This document shows positions 8,960 to 21,657 of a stretch of 64,000 bases of DNA, in pieces. Each line of letters opens with the position of its first letter. Positions within the stretch are counted from its first letter, which is position 1. The notes beneath the pieces were generated by a model. It saw only the letters and a list, made by a program, of their open reading frames with translations, had not been told where the DNA came from and searched no databases. The stretch lies in the NCBI GenBank assembly GCA_045543955.1, contig JAZPYB010000011.1, positions 373 through 64,372 on the forward strand, written 5' to 3'. The DNA comes from Eubacteriales bacterium (GTDB lineage Bacteria > Bacillota > Clostridia > Oscillospirales > CAG-272). A program made the translations under genes and the position numbers.

Positions 8960-11706
8960 TATTCCTCTCCCTCGCCAGTGCTTGCGCCACAGCACTTCTT
9001 GTATTTTTTTCCACTACCACAAGGACAAGGGTCGTTTCTACCAACCTTATTCTCATTTCTTATAGGTGCTTGCGTTGGAGCCTTTTGTACTTTTCTTTGA
9101 CCTATCTTCATGAAGCCCTCGTCAGTTGGTTTTACAACTTGAATTCTTTCGATAGGCTTTTCCTTTGGCATAACTGTAAGAATTCCTCTTACTGTGTCAT
9201 CACGTATAGCCATAATCATTTCATCAAAGAGATCGGCACCTTGAATCTTGTATTCATTTAATGGGTTTCTTTGTGCATACGCTTGAAGACCTATACTATC
9301 GCGCAAGTCATCCATTGCCTCCAAGTGATCCATCCACTTTTCGTCAACATTACGAAGCAAGATAACTCTTTCAATTTCACGCATATTTTCTTCGCCGAAA
9401 AGCTCTTCCTTACCTTTCCAAAGCGCTAATGCTCTAGTGGTCAAGGTGTTAGTAATTTCATCTCTTGTTATATTTGCACTTTCAAAATCATCTTGTGAAC
9501 ACAAGAGTCCCATATACTTGCTCTTTAGTGCCTCAAGCTCCCAGCTTGCTTTATCATATTGAGTATGCAACTCGACAGCGTCAGCAATTGTAGATTTTAT
9601 CATTCCCTCAATTTTTTCAGTCAGCGATTCCCCATCCAAAACACTTGAACGTTGAGAATAAATTACATTTCTCTGTTGGTTCATAACGTCATCATATGAA
9701 AGTACATTCTTTCTGCGTGAGAAGTTTCTGTCCTCTAGGCGCTTTTGAGCATTTTCAATTTGACCAGACAAAAGCTTTGCATCAATAGGTGTATCTTCAT
9801 CAAGTCCAAGACGAGAAACAAGTCCTATAATTCTTTCACTGCCGAAAAGACGCATAAGATCATCCTCTAGTGAAATAAAGAATCTTGATTCACCGGGGTC
9901 ACCTTGACGGCCTGAACGACCACGAAGCTGATTGTCTATACGACGACTTTCATGTCTTTCTGTACCAATTATAAACAAACCACCAGCTTCTCTAACCTTT
10001 TCTGCCTCGGGTTCAATTTCAACCTTAAATTTGTTATAGAGCTCCTTGAACACATCACGTGCTTGGAATACCTCTTCACTAACTGATTGTGAGCTGCCAG
10101 TTGCAAGTGCGATAGTTGCTTCATCATAGCCATCGCGTCTCATTTGCTGTTTAGCTAAATATTCCGCATTACCACCAAGCATAATATCAGTACCACGTCC
10201 TGCCATATTGGTTGAAATGGTAACGGCACCGAATTTACCAGCTTGTGCAACTATTTCCGCCTCTCTTTCGTGATATTTAGCGTTCAATACAGTATGAGGT
10301 ATGCCTGCGCCCTTTAATTTTCTAGAAAGCGCTTCGGATTTTTCAATAGAAACAGTACCAACAAGAACAGGCTGACCCTTTTCGTGGCATTCCTTGATTT
10401 GATTGATAATCGCTCTATCCTTACCTGCTATTGACTTATATACTCTATCATTATAGTCGCGTCTAATCATTGGTTTGTTGGTTGGTACCTCTACAACATC
10501 GAGATTATAAATCTCGCGGAATTCCATATCCTCGGAGAGTGCTGTACCTGTCATACCAGAAAGCTTTGTGTACATTCTAAAATAGTTTTGGAATGTAATT
10601 GTCGCAATAGTACGATTTTCTCTTTGAATTTTAACCTTTTCCTTAGCCTCAATTGCTTGATGTAGTCCGTCGGAATATCTTCTTCCAGGCATTAAACGAC
10701 CAGTAAATGTATCAACAATGACAACTTGACCATCCTTTATAACATAGTCAGTATCTCTTTGCATAATTCCACGAGCCTTTAAGGCCTGTTGAATATGATG
10801 ATAAAGCTCTGAGTTCTCAGGAGCTGTTAGATTATCAATTTGGAAAAACTCCTCTGCCTTTCTTACACCATGACTGGTAAGAGTTGTAGTTCTTGCCTTT
10901 TCATCAAGAATATAATCCTGAGTAATATCCTCGTGCTCTACCTTTAGGTCTAGCTCTTTTATAACAAACTTTGACAGTTTTGCAACAAAAGCATCTGCTC
11001 TATCGTATAAATCTGTTGATTTTCTGCCTGCACCTGAGATAATAAGTGGTGTTCTCGCCTCATCAATAAGGATTGAGTCAACCTCATCGACAATAGCAAA
11101 GTTATGACCTCTTTGAGCCATATCCTTTTTGTAAATTACCATATTATCACGTAGATAGTCAAAGCCAAACTCATTATTTGTACCATACGTGATATCGCAG
11201 TTATATGCTCTTTTCTTTTCTTCTCTTGACTGACCATGAATAACAAGACCCGTTGTAAGCCCCAAAAACTCATGTACTCTGCCCATTTCCTCGCAACCAA
11301 GACGAGCCAAGTAATCGTTAACAGTAACTACGTGAACACCTTTACCAGTTAACGCATTAAGATATGATGGCAAAACAGCTACAAGTGTTTTACCCTCACC
11401 AGTTTTCATCTCTGCTACTCTTCCTTGGTGCAAAAGAATCCCGCACATAAGCTGAACTCTAAATGGTCGTTTGCCGAGAACACGATGTGAAGCCTCGCGA
11501 ACAGTAGCAAATGCCTCCGGTAAAATGTCGTCAAGTGTTTCGCCATTTGTTAGGCGCTCCTTAAATTCGTCGGTCTTTGCCCTTAATTCAGCATCGCTTT
11601 TATTTGCATATTCATCGCTCAAAGCATCTATTTGATCGACAATCGGTACTATTTTTTTGATTTGTCTTTCACTATATGTGCCAAAAATCTTAGAAATTAT
11701 TCCCAT
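8959..11706 (-). CDS. secA: Preprotein translocase ATPase SecA
   Basis: 915 aa. Motifs MKTGEGKTL and [19 protein letters not shown], plus the C-terminal zinc motif [14 protein letters not shown]. Confidence 0.97.
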   Translation of the reverse strand: MGIISKIFGTYSERQIKKIVPIVDQIDALSDEYANKSDAELRAKTDEFKERLTNGETLDDILPEAFATVREASHRVLGKRPFRVQLMCGILLHQGRVAEMKTGEGKTLVAVLPSYLNALTGKGVHVVTVNDYLARLGCEEMGRVHEFLGLTTGLVIHGQSREEKKRAYNCDITYGTNNEFGFDYLRDNMVIYKKDMAQRGHNFAIVDEVDSILIDEARTPLIISGAGRKSTDLYDRADAFVAKLSKFVIKELDLKVEHEDITQDYILDEKARTTTLTSHGVRKAEEFFQIDNLTAPENSELYHHIQQALKARGIMQRDTDYVIKDGQVVIVDTFTGRLMPGRRYSDGLHQAIEAKEKVKIQRENRTIATITFQNYFRMYTKLSGMTGTALSEDMEFREIYNLDVVEVPTNKPMIRRDYNDRVYKSIAGKDRAIINQIKECHEKGQPVLVGTVSIEKSEALSRKLKGAGIPHTVLNAKYHEREAEIVAQAGKFGAVTISTNMAGRGTDIMLGGNAEYLAKQQMRRDGYDEATIALATGSSQSVSEEVFQARDVFKELYNKFKVEIEPEAEKVREAGGLFIIGTERHESRRIDNQLRGRSGRQGDPGESRFFISLEDDLMRLFGSERIIGLVSRLGLDEDTPIDAKLLSGQIENAQKRLEDRNFSRRKNVLSYDDVMNQQRNVIYSQRSSVLDGESLTEKIEGMIKSTIADAVELHTQYDKASWELEALKSKYMGLLCSQDDFESANITRDEITNTLTTRALALWKGKEELFGEENMREIERVILLRNVDEKWMDHLEAMDDLRDSIGLQAYAQRNPLNEYKIQGADLFDEMIMAIRDDTVRGILTVMPKEKPIERIQVVKPTDEGFMKIGQRKVQKAPTQAPIRNENKVGRNDPCPCGSGKKYKKCCGASTGEGEE

Positions 11707-11818
11707 TATTTATGTTATCCTTCCATAATTACGCAATAATTATACAGATTAATTATAGCACAAAATTCTAAAAAATCCACATTTATTTTAAAATTTCGCG
11801 TTTTAATTAAAATTTTTA

Positions 11819-11847
11819 TTGATTTCGAATTAAAATTGAATTAGAAT
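11819..11847 (+). promoter_or_regulatory. Sigma-A promoter for trmL
   Basis: TTGATT-17 nt-TAGAAT. Confidence 0.55.
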
Positions 11848-11874
11848 ATTTATATACAATTGCAAGGAGACGTT

Positions 11875-12351
11875 ATGCTAAATATAGTTTTACTAGAGCC
11901 CGAAATTCCACAAAACACCGGAAATATTGCAAGAACCTGCGCCTCCAGTGGAGCAATTTTGCATATGATAAAGCCCTTCGGCTTTAAAATTGATAACGCA
12001 AAATTAAAACGCGCGGGAATGGATTATTGGTTCCACCTTGATATTCGCTATTATGAAAATTTAGAGGATTTTTGGCAAAAAAACCCCAACTGTGATTTTT
12101 ATCTTTTTACAAAAAAAGCAACAAAATCATATGTTGATATTGAATACGGAGATAATGTTTATCTCTTTTTTGGACGTGAAAGCTGTGGCTTGCCCGAAGA
12201 GCTTATTGAAAAACATAAGGACAGGGCCTTGCGTATTCCAATGAAAGCAGGATTACGCTCACTTAACCAATCGAATTCAGTTGCTATTGCCACATATGAG
12301 TATTTGAAGCAAAAGAACTTTGAAGGACTATTAGAATCCTTTGATGAATAA
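11875..12351 (+). CDS. trmL: tRNA (cytidine/uridine-2'-O)-methyltransferase, SpoU/TrmL family
   Basis: N-terminus MLNIVLLEPEIPQNTGNIARTC. ATG at 11875 follows AAGGAGA. About 158 aa. Confidence 0.8.
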   Translation: MLNIVLLEPEIPQNTGNIARTCASSGAILHMIKPFGFKIDNAKLKRAGMDYWFHLDIRYYENLEDFWQKNPNCDFYLFTKKATKSYVDIEYGDNVYLFFGRESCGLPEELIEKHKDRALRIPMKAGLRSLNQSNSVAIATYEYLKQKNFEGLLESFDE

Positions 12352-12352
12352 T

Positions 12353-12380
12353 AAAAAACCGCGAAAATCGCGGTTTTTTA
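12353..12380. terminator. Bidirectional terminator between trmL and cls
   Basis: A6-ACCGCGA-aaa-TCGCGGT-T6. Confidence 0.85.
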
Positions 12381-13889
12381 TTATAGAAAAGATGCAAATG
12401 CTCCCAAAACTGCTCTAAAAAGTCTCATCGGTAAGTGGGATTTACTCATTTTGTTTGTAACTAAAATTGATTCATCTAATATTTGTAAATAGTCATTTAA
12501 TATGTCTTTTATCACTGGCGATTCGTAAATAACAACACCATTTTCAAAGCTTAAATAAAAGCTTCTAAAATCGAAATTAACACTTCCAACTGTCGCTATT
12601 TTATCATCTGAAATTACCAACTTTGAATGGTTAAATCCCCTCTCATATTCATATACCTTAACACCGGCAGAAATCAATCTTGAATAGTTTGCCTTGGTTG
12701 CTTGATTTACTGCCCATTTGTCTGGTATATGAGGTACAACAATTCTAACATCTACACCACATTTCGAAGCATTAGTTATTGCCCTTATCATTTCATCGCT
12801 TACAACAAAATAAGGAGTACTAATGTAAATGTATTTTTTTGCATTGGAAATAATATTTAAATAGATATTCTCGCCAATTGGTTCAGCATCTATTGGACTA
12901 TCTGTATAAGGTTGATATATTCCTTCATCATTCTCATTTGAGTAAGGCTTTGGATTCCTTATTTTTTCCTTTGTAATATACTCCCATAAAGTCAAAAAGA
13001 ATAGCTCATTAGTATATGCACCATCTCCATATAAAGCTATTGCACTATCCTTCCAATGCCCAAATCGAACTTCTCTATTTATATATTCATCTGCTATATT
13101 TACCCCTCCACAATATGCGATTTTAGAATCAATAATACACATTTTTCTATGGTCTCTATTGTTTGTTACAGTGCTTAATACAGGGATAAACGGATTGAAG
13201 GTTTTTATTTTAATTCCATGCTTTTTCAATCGTTTCATTTCTCTTCTGGATATTTGATCAATACATCCCATATCATCAAATATAATGCGAACCTCTACTC
13301 CGTTGTCTGCTTTTTCTATTAGAATATTTTTGATTTCACTCCACATATATCCATCTTTAATAATGAAATATTCCATATAAATACGTTCATTAGCATTTTT
13401 TAAATCCAGTAGGAGCGATTCAAAAAACATTTCGCCAGATGAAAAATACTTTGCTCTTGTATTCTTAACAGGAGCTGAATGAGCATATTTAGCAATATAA
13501 TCGCTTTGACGCTTTAAATCATCAGACAATAAAACATCTGTGCTTTTGCAAATTTCATTCTCTAAGTTATCAATAATAGATAGCATTTTTCTACGCCTTA
13601 GCCAAGTAAAAAATCTTCCATAAAGTGCTATAAATAAGGTTACACCTATGATTGGTATACCAAGTATTACTATTATCCACGTAATTTTGTATGCAGAATT
13701 CATACTTGTATTTATTACCCCAATGCTGCAAATTACAGATAGAATGTAAGAAATCAAAAGATAATACTTGAAAAGCCAATTTACGTAGAGCAAAATAGCG
13801 AACCCAATTATAAACTGCATAATTATGCAAAGTGCTGTAATCAAAAGTCTATTAGTTAAAATTTTAAACATTCTTTTCATTTTTCCCAT
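12381..13889 (-). CDS. cls: Cardiolipin synthase (phospholipase D family)
   Basis: 502 aa with N-terminal TM helices. Two HKD motifs: HRKMCIIDSKIAYCGGVN and HSKLVISDDKIATVGSVN. Confidence 0.9.
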   Translation of the reverse strand: MGKMKRMFKILTNRLLITALCIIMQFIIGFAILLYVNWLFKYYLLISYILSVICSIGVINTSMNSAYKITWIIVILGIPIIGVTLFIALYGRFFTWLRRRKMLSIIDNLENEICKSTDVLLSDDLKRQSDYIAKYAHSAPVKNTRAKYFSSGEMFFESLLLDLKNANERIYMEYFIIKDGYMWSEIKNILIEKADNGVEVRIIFDDMGCIDQISRREMKRLKKHGIKIKTFNPFIPVLSTVTNNRDHRKMCIIDSKIAYCGGVNIADEYINREVRFGHWKDSAIALYGDGAYTNELFFLTLWEYITKEKIRNPKPYSNENDEGIYQPYTDSPIDAEPIGENIYLNIISNAKKYIYISTPYFVVSDEMIRAITNASKCGVDVRIVVPHIPDKWAVNQATKANYSRLISAGVKVYEYERGFNHSKLVISDDKIATVGSVNFDFRSFYLSFENGVVIYESPVIKDILNDYLQILDESILVTNKMSKSHLPMRLFRAVLGAFASFL

Positions 13890-13900
13890 CCTGCATATTT

Positions 13901-14464
13901 TTATTTAAAAAGTGGTTGTAATTGTTTACCTTTCAAGGCATATTCTAATGTTTTTTCAAGCAAAGAAAAATCCGAAACAAGCGAGTGTGGCTTATTTGTC
14001 GGGTCATCCTGCATCATTGGAACAAAATAAATGTTTTTTCGTTCCAATAGGATGCTTATATTTTGTAAATTTGCTGACAAAGCATCGTTTGAGCACAATG
14101 CTATCACAGTAGGTCTGTCTGAACGTAAATGCGCCTTTGCTGCCATTGTAACTGTTGTATCTGTTATGCCGCGTGCCATTTTTGCAAGTGTATTTCCTGT
14201 GCATGGTGCAATAACAAGAGCATCTAAATTTACCTTAGGTCCTAATGGCTCGGCTTTAACAATTGAATTTATCACACTATGTCCAGTTATTTTTTCTACT
14301 TTATCAATAAGTTCCTTGCTTGTTCCAAATCTAGTGCTTGTGTTATACACATTTTCACTCATAATCGGCAAAATATCAAACCCTTTTCCTACTAGGTTAG
14401 ATAACTCCTCTAAACTCCTTTTATGAGTACAAAATGAGCCACAAAATGCGTATCCAATCATCAA
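13901..14464 (-). CDS. dpaB: Dipicolinate synthase subunit B (SpoVFB-like flavoprotein)
   Basis: 187 aa with N-terminus IGYAFCGSFCTH. Adjacent to a DpaA-like gene. Confidence 0.75.
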   Translation of the reverse strand: MMIGYAFCGSFCTHKRSLEELSNLVGKGFDILPIMSENVYNTSTRFGTSKELIDKVEKITGHSVINSIVKAEPLGPKVNLDALVIAPCTGNTLAKMARGITDTTVTMAAKAHLRSDRPTVIALCSNDALSANLQNISILLERKNIYFVPMMQDDPTNKPHSLVSDFSLLEKTLEYALKGKQLQPLFK

Positions 14465-14480
14465 ATTGTCCCTTCTCGTC

Positions 14481-15203
14481 TTAGAAAAAGGATGTTATTG
14501 TTTCATATATCACTTTTCCTGCACTCTGTGGCAAGATTTTGCCTGGCAAGCCGAGGGATTTTATCACCCTCTCTGTTTTTTCAAATCCAGTAACAGAGGC
14601 AAGCTCAAAAAGATAAGTTTCCTTAGGAATATGTGAAATCAAATCCTTTGAAAAGACCATAGCAGGAGCTGTGTTCATAACTGCATAAGAATCAACTGCA
14701 AATTCAGGGGCTACAGGAATATATCCGTCTATCAGTACCTGCTTTCTAATCTCTTCTCTGCGTGCATACACAAAAACCTCAGCCCCCAGTGATGAAAAGA
14801 GTTTAGAAAGATATTTACCTATTCTTCCATAGCCAGAAATGAGTATTTTTTTATCTTTGGGACTTTCTTTAGTTTCATTATACCATACTGAAATCATAGC
14901 CTCTGCTGTTAAACGTGCGTTTTCCAAAAGAAATGTTTCATTTTGAGAATAATCCACTATTTCCCCATCAAAATACTTTCTTGCTATATTGGGTCTACCC
15001 GTAAATACTCTAGTGTTTTTTGATGTGTTTTTGAGAAGATGAGAAAGACTAGCCTCGTCAAGCTCATCCCTGACCGATAAAACTAATATATCAGGATTAT
15101 TAATCTCGGTTGGATTAATCAGTTTGGAATTATAACCATTGTAATTCAAAAGCTCGTTCAAATAAATATATCTTTCATCCCTTGAAGCAATATCTATGTT
15201 CAT
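14481..15203 (-). CDS. dpaA: Dipicolinate synthase subunit A (SpoVFA-like), a short form
   Basis: 240 aa. NAD-binding loop ILISGYGRIGKYL. Paired with dpaB. Shorter than the roughly 300-aa Bacillus protein. Confidence 0.6.
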   Translation of the reverse strand: MNIDIASRDERYIYLNELLNYNGYNSKLINPTEINNPDILVLSVRDELDEASLSHLLKNTSKNTRVFTGRPNIARKYFDGEIVDYSQNETFLLENARLTAEAMISVWYNETKESPKDKKILISGYGRIGKYLSKLFSSLGAEVFVYARREEIRKQVLIDGYIPVAPEFAVDSYAVMNTAPAMVFSKDLISHIPKETYLFELASVTGFEKTERVIKSLGLPGKILPQSAGKVIYETITSFF

Positions 15204-15280
15204 CGTTTTTCCTCAACGAATTTATTTGAGAATTTCTTCTCAATACATTATATGCAACACGTTTATTCAAGGGATATATT

Positions 15281-16018
15281 TTACTTGTTGTTTTTCGCAA
15301 TGAGCATATTGATTTTAAACCCCTTTTGACTAAAATTTCGCTCATATTCAGTTCTTATATTTTGTGAGTCCATTTCGCTATTGTGCAAATCAAAAGTATA
15401 GTATTCAAGCTTTAGTGGGCTATTCTCCACTTCTTCAAGTGAAAAATCAAACAACGGACGATTATCTGTCTTAAAATAGAATTTTCCATCAGGCGTTAAA
15501 AGACGCGAATAGGTTTTTAAAAATTCAATATAGGTTAGACGTCTTTTCGTATGTCCTTTTTTAGGCCAAGGGTCACAGAAATTTACATAAATTGCATTCG
15601 CACAAGAATCTGGTAAATTAACTAAAAGCTCCTTAGCATCTCCTACCATAAAACGCACATTTCCAAGCTCGTTCTTTTCGAATGGACATACATCGCCTAA
15701 AGAATAAATTTCGCCATTATTCTTTTGCCATCCTCCGTTGGGAGCCAAAGCTCCAAGGCCTTTACCCTCTGCATAGTTTTCTACAGCAAGAGTGCAAACA
15801 TCGGCGATTTTTTCAATAGCGAGATAGTTATAGTCAGGCTCTTGAACGCTTTTTCCACATACAAAATCTCCCTTACCACAGCCAATTTCTATTCTTAATG
15901 GGTTATCATTTCCATAAATCTCTGACTTGTTTTTGTAAAGCTCATTTATATCATCAACCATTAGTGCACTTAAAAGCTTTAATCTTTCACTTCCGTGCTT
16001 CTTTTTTTTCATTCTCAT
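15281..16018 (-). CDS. trmB: tRNA (guanine-N7)-methyltransferase
   Basis: 245 aa. Motifs IEIGCGKGDF and NFCDPWPKKGHTKRRL. Confidence 0.85.
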   Translation of the reverse strand: MRMKKKKHGSERLKLLSALMVDDINELYKNKSEIYGNDNPLRIEIGCGKGDFVCGKSVQEPDYNYLAIEKIADVCTLAVENYAEGKGLGALAPNGGWQKNNGEIYSLGDVCPFEKNELGNVRFMVGDAKELLVNLPDSCANAIYVNFCDPWPKKGHTKRRLTYIEFLKTYSRLLTPDGKFYFKTDNRPLFDFSLEEVENSPLKLEYYTFDLHNSEMDSQNIRTEYERNFSQKGFKINMLIAKNNK

Positions 16019-16109
16019 ATTGATATTTCCTCTATTTTTTGCTAAAATATTTATGTATGGACTATTTTAACACATATTTTTTAAAATTTCTACTGTTTAG
16101 GAGATTTTT

Positions 16110-16379
16110 ATGACTTATAAATTTAGAACTAGAGGTGTATGTGCCTCCTATATTAATTTCGATTTAAATGATGGTATTGTTTCCTCTGTTTCCTTTCAAG
16201 GTGGATGCAATGGAAATCTAAAGGCTATTTCTAAGCTTGTTGAGGGAATGGAGGCTGAAAAGGTTATTTCCATTTTAAGAGGCAATCTTTGTGGATTTAA
16301 ACATACATCCTGTGCTGACCAGCTTGCAATTGCACTACAAGGCGCACTTGATGGTGTGCTTACTCCTATATCCGAATAA
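16110..16379 (+). CDS. TSCPD-domain small protein (TIGR03905-like)
   Basis: 89 aa. Motifs GGCNGN and HTSCADQLA. Confidence 0.6.
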   Translation: MTYKFRTRGVCASYINFDLNDGIVSSVSFQGGCNGNLKAISKLVEGMEAEKVISILRGNLCGFKHTSCADQLAIALQGALDGVLTPISE

Positions 16380-16391
16380 GGATGGTAAAAA

Positions 16392-19025
16392 ATGAAAAAA
16401 TTATTAATAGTTGACGGAAATAGTATTTTGAATAGAGCCTATTATGGTATACGTCCTCTTTCAAATAAGGACGGCTTACCAACTAATGCTCTTTTTGGTA
16501 TGATGACCATTTTAAAGCGGCATCTTGACCACTTTAAGCCCGAATATACCCTTATTGCCTTTGATTTAAAGGCTAAAACCTTTAGGCACAAGGCACACGA
16601 TTTTTACAAAGCAAACCGCAAGCCTATGCCCGAGGATTTAGCCGTTCAGCTTCCTTATGCAAAGGAGCTTGTAAAAATGCTCGGCTTTAACGTTGTTGAG
16701 TTAGAGGGCTATGAGGCTGATGATATAATTGGCACTGCTTCTCGAATTGCGCCAAAAGATGTTCATTCTTATATTTTAACTGGAGACCGTGACTCGCTTC
16801 AGCTTATAAACGAGCATACCTCTGTTGTCCTTGTTAAAACAAAAGAGGATATCATTTATACTCCGGACAATTTTCTTGCCGATTTTGGTGTTACACCCAC
16901 ACAATACATTGATGTAAAGGCAATTATGGGCGATTCCTCTGATAACATCCCTGGCATTGCTGGAATTGGCGAAAAGGGTGCTTTTAAACTAATTACCGAA
17001 TACGGCTCACTTGATGCTCTATACGAAAATTATGAAAGCTCCTCCCTTTCTCAAGCAATGAAGGACAAAATAACAAACGGTCGCGAAATGGCGTATATTT
17101 CTAAATACCTCGCTACAATCGTTTTAGACGTTCCAATTAATAAATCTATTGAAGATTTGGAAAACAAAGGAATTGACGGGCTCAACCTACGTAAAAGCTT
17201 TATAAAGCTTGAGTTTGGCTCACTCATTAAGAAATTTGGGCTTGAGAATTTGGAAGATCAAAGTACTATTGATGCTACTGCTTTTAATGCAAAAACATCA
17301 GCTGTTTCTCTTGACGAATTTGCTGAATGCGAGCCAGTTGAAAACAAAATCTCTACTGATTATAATTCAGGTGAGCAGCTGGGATTTGGCTTCGATTTTG
17401 GAGAAGAAAAAATTGAGCCACAGGGCTTTAAAATTTCAAATGACATAATATATGGTATTCCGGATGACAAAAGCTGTATTTATTCAGTATATTTTGATAA
17501 AAATGAGGTTCAATTTACATCCTCTAATGGCAAAACATACGTTTCTACTCTTGAAAATTCAAGGGAGTTTTTAAAGAACGTCTCTATAATTTGTCACGAT
17601 GTTAAATCAATATTAAAGGAATACGATGTCAATTGTGTATTTGATACAATGCTTGCTGGCTATGTAATTTCGCCATCTGACTCATCGTATGATTTAAAAA
17701 CGCTTTCTCTTACCTATTTAAATATGGAATTTGATAATAGGTATGCTTCTCAGTTTATTTATGCTCTATTTAATCAAATGAGCAAGCATCTCGAAAAGGA
17801 TGCAACTATGAGAATTCTAACTGATATTGAAATTCCACTTGCCTATGTACTTTCTTCTATGGAAAAGGAGGGCTTTAAGGTTGATATAGAAGGCTTAAAT
17901 GCCTTTTCCGAATACCTTTCCACTATGGAAGAATCTCACAAGGCAAAAATTTTCGAGCTTGCAGGCGAAGAATTCAATGTAAATTCTCCAAAGCAGCTTG
18001 GCGAAATTTTATTTGGCAAATTAGGTTTGCCTCACGGCAAAAAAACAAAAAGTGGCTATTCCACAAGTGCTGATATATTAGAAGGCTTAGCTGACGAATA
18101 CGAGATAGTAAAAGAGGTTCTTGAATATCGCAAGGTTGCCAAGTTAAACAGCACATATGCACAAGGCTTGACTAAGGTAGCTGATGAAAATGGCATAGTT
18201 CACTCAACCTTTAATCAAACTGTTGCAGTAACTGGACGTCTTTCCTCAACAGAACCCAATCTGCAAAACATTCCAATTAGAACCGAGCTTGGAAGAAATC
18301 TCCGTAAATATTTCATTACCAAGAACGAGAACTATGTTTTAATTGATGCCGACTACTCACAAATTGAACTGAAGGTTTTAGCACATATGTCTCGCGATGC
18401 CAATATGATTCACGCATTCAGAAGCGGTATGGACATTCACACAATGACCGCCTCTCTTGTTTTCGGCATAACACCAAATGAGGTAACTCCGGAATTGCGC
18501 AAGCGTGCAAAGGCTGTAAACTTTGGTATTGTTTATGGTATAGGTGATTTCTCTCTTGGAAAGGATTTGGGTATTTCAAAGAAGGAAGCAAAGGCTTATA
18601 TTGAGTCGTATTTTGCTACTTACCCAGACATTCACGCATTTATAGATAGGCTAATTGTCGATGCAAGAAACCACGGATATGCAAAAACTATGCTTGGCAG
18701 AATTAGATATATACCAGAGCTTAGCGCCAAAAACAAAATGGTACAAGCTTTTGGCGAGCGTGCGGCAATGAACAGTCCAATTCAAGGCACAGCTGCCGAT
18801 ATAATAAAAATTGCTATGATAAATGTCGATAAGGCATTAAGGGAAGCAAAAATTGATGCAAGACTTATTCTTCAGGTACACGATGAGCTTATAATTGAAG
18901 CACACAATGACTGCAAGGACAAGGCACTTGAAATATTAAAAAATGAAATGGAAGGAGCAATTAAGTTATCAGTTCCGTTAACCGCAGATATTGCAACGGG
19001 AAAAACTTGGTTCGATGCAAAATAA
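16392..19025 (+). CDS. polA: DNA polymerase I
   Basis: 877 aa. N-terminal 5'-3' exonuclease domain. Family-A polymerase motifs DYSQIELKVLAH, KAVNFGIVYG and QVHDELIIE. Confidence 0.97.
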   Translation: MKKLLIVDGNSILNRAYYGIRPLSNKDGLPTNALFGMMTILKRHLDHFKPEYTLIAFDLKAKTFRHKAHDFYKANRKPMPEDLAVQLPYAKELVKMLGFNVVELEGYEADDIIGTASRIAPKDVHSYILTGDRDSLQLINEHTSVVLVKTKEDIIYTPDNFLADFGVTPTQYIDVKAIMGDSSDNIPGIAGIGEKGAFKLITEYGSLDALYENYESSSLSQAMKDKITNGREMAYISKYLATIVLDVPINKSIEDLENKGIDGLNLRKSFIKLEFGSLIKKFGLENLEDQSTIDATAFNAKTSAVSLDEFAECEPVENKISTDYNSGEQLGFGFDFGEEKIEPQGFKISNDIIYGIPDDKSCIYSVYFDKNEVQFTSSNGKTYVSTLENSREFLKNVSIICHDVKSILKEYDVNCVFDTMLAGYVISPSDSSYDLKTLSLTYLNMEFDNRYASQFIYALFNQMSKHLEKDATMRILTDIEIPLAYVLSSMEKEGFKVDIEGLNAFSEYLSTMEESHKAKIFELAGEEFNVNSPKQLGEILFGKLGLPHGKKTKSGYSTSADILEGLADEYEIVKEVLEYRKVAKLNSTYAQGLTKVADENGIVHSTFNQTVAVTGRLSSTEPNLQNIPIRTELGRNLRKYFITKNENYVLIDADYSQIELKVLAHMSRDANMIHAFRSGMDIHTMTASLVFGITPNEVTPELRKRAKAVNFGIVYGIGDFSLGKDLGISKKEAKAYIESYFATYPDIHAFIDRLIVDARNHGYAKTMLGRIRYIPELSAKNKMVQAFGERAAMNSPIQGTAADIIKIAMINVDKALREAKIDARLILQVHDELIIEAHNDCKDKALEILKNEMEGAIKLSVPLTADIATGKTWFDAK

Positions 19026-19918
19026 TGATACTTGAGGCTTTAGCACCAGCAAAAATCAATCTCCATCTTGATGTTCTTGACAAAATGGAAAACGGATATC
19101 ACAACATTGAATCTGTTATGCAAAGCATTTCTCTCTCTGACAAAATTACTTTAGGAATTAGCAAGACAGAAGGAGAAAATGAAATTTTGATAAAGGCAAG
19201 CACTGATAAAATTCCTACAGATGAAAGAAATCTTGTATATAAGTCAGCTTCTCTTTTCATCAGACATGCAAATGAAAAGCACAACGCCAACATTAAAAAT
19301 ACAAGATTTGTTTTCACTATTGAAAAGAATATTCCAGTCTCTGCTGGTATGGCTGGCGGAAGTACAGACTCTGCTTGCTCCTTGCGTCTTTTAAACACGG
19401 CGTATAGAGGTATATTTAATGAAAATGAGTTGCAAGAATTGGGCTCGCAAATCGGCGCAGATGTTGCTTTTTGTTTGATCGGTGGAACATGTGAATGCCG
19501 TGGAACTGGTGATAAGATAACACCACTCGCTCCTTTTAAAAACATTCCTCTTGTTTGCGCAATTGATTCTTCATCAGTCTCAACTCCTATTGCATATAAA
19601 ATGCTCGACGACAGATATGGCTCAAATTCAAAATCTAGTAGAATTTTCGAGGTGTTAACTGGTGCCATAAATCAAGGTGCTCCTGTGAGTCGAATTTGTT
19701 CTCTTCTTTTTAACAAATTTGAGCATGTTATAATTCCAACCAACGAAAATATAAGAAAAATTAAAAGCACCCTAATAGAAAATGGCGCCATCGGTGCGTT
19801 GATGAGTGGTAGTGGTCCTTCCGTCTTTGGCATTTTTGAAACCGAAGAAGCGCAAAATAAAGCATATAATGCTTTGAAAGAAGCAAATATTAATGCTTTT
19901 TTGTGCAAAACTCTTTGA
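19025..19918 (+). CDS. ispE: 4-diphosphocytidyl-2-C-methyl-D-erythritol kinase
   Basis: N-terminus MILEALAPAKINLHLDV and GHMP kinase motif PVSAGMAGGSTDSA. The ATG overlaps the polA stop (TAATG). Confidence 0.9.
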   Translation: MILEALAPAKINLHLDVLDKMENGYHNIESVMQSISLSDKITLGISKTEGENEILIKASTDKIPTDERNLVYKSASLFIRHANEKHNANIKNTRFVFTIEKNIPVSAGMAGGSTDSACSLRLLNTAYRGIFNENELQELGSQIGADVAFCLIGGTCECRGTGDKITPLAPFKNIPLVCAIDSSSVSTPIAYKMLDDRYGSNSKSSRIFEVLTGAINQGAPVSRICSLLFNKFEHVIIPTNENIRKIKSTLIENGAIGALMSGSGPSVFGIFETEEAQNKAYNALKEANINAFLCKTL

Positions 19919-19934
19919 TTTTTACGATTTTTTG

Positions 19935-19963
19935 TTGACAAATTGCTTTTTTAAGGCTATAAT
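19935..19963 (+). promoter_or_regulatory. Consensus sigma-A promoter for guaB
   Basis: TTGACA-17 nt-TATAAT, a perfect match to consensus. Confidence 0.8.
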
Positions 19964-19995
19964 ATAAAAAATAATTCAAAAATAATTCGTTTTAG

Positions 19996-21483
<1,488 letters not shown>

Positions 21484-21492
21484 TATAAATTC

Positions 21493-21525
21493 AAAAAGAG
21501 ATACTAGGCTAGTATCTCTTTTTTT
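21493..21525 (+). terminator. Intrinsic terminator after guaB
   Basis: GAGATACTA-ggc-TAGTATCTC followed by T7. Confidence 0.85.
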
Positions 21526-21600
21526 CATTCCATATCGCATATTTGGTGCAAATATTTAATAAATTATACTATATTTTGCGTTTATTTTATATACAAAGTA

Positions 21601-21629
21601 TTGACTTATGGTTAAAATTGTTATAAAAT
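21601..21629 (+). promoter_or_regulatory. Sigma-A promoter for the AI-2E transporter gene
   Basis: TTGACT-17 nt-TAAAAT. Confidence 0.6.
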
Positions 21630-21657
21630 ATTTATAACTAACTTTTAGGAGGTTTAA

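Noticed and set aside
15204-15280. Sigma-K-like -10 (CATATAATG) upstream of dpaA
   Set aside because: The -10 deviates from CATAnnnTA at its last position, and no AC-type -35 lies at the right spacing. This is too weak to call.
19099-19668. Long antisense ORFs: 189 aa opposite ispE, with similar cases at 39910-40467, 20356-20778, 48342-48728 and 14031-14426
   Set aside because: Each fully overlaps a strongly supported gene on the other strand. They have no RBS and low-complexity or hydrophobic-biased translations typical of antisense frames in AT-rich genomes.
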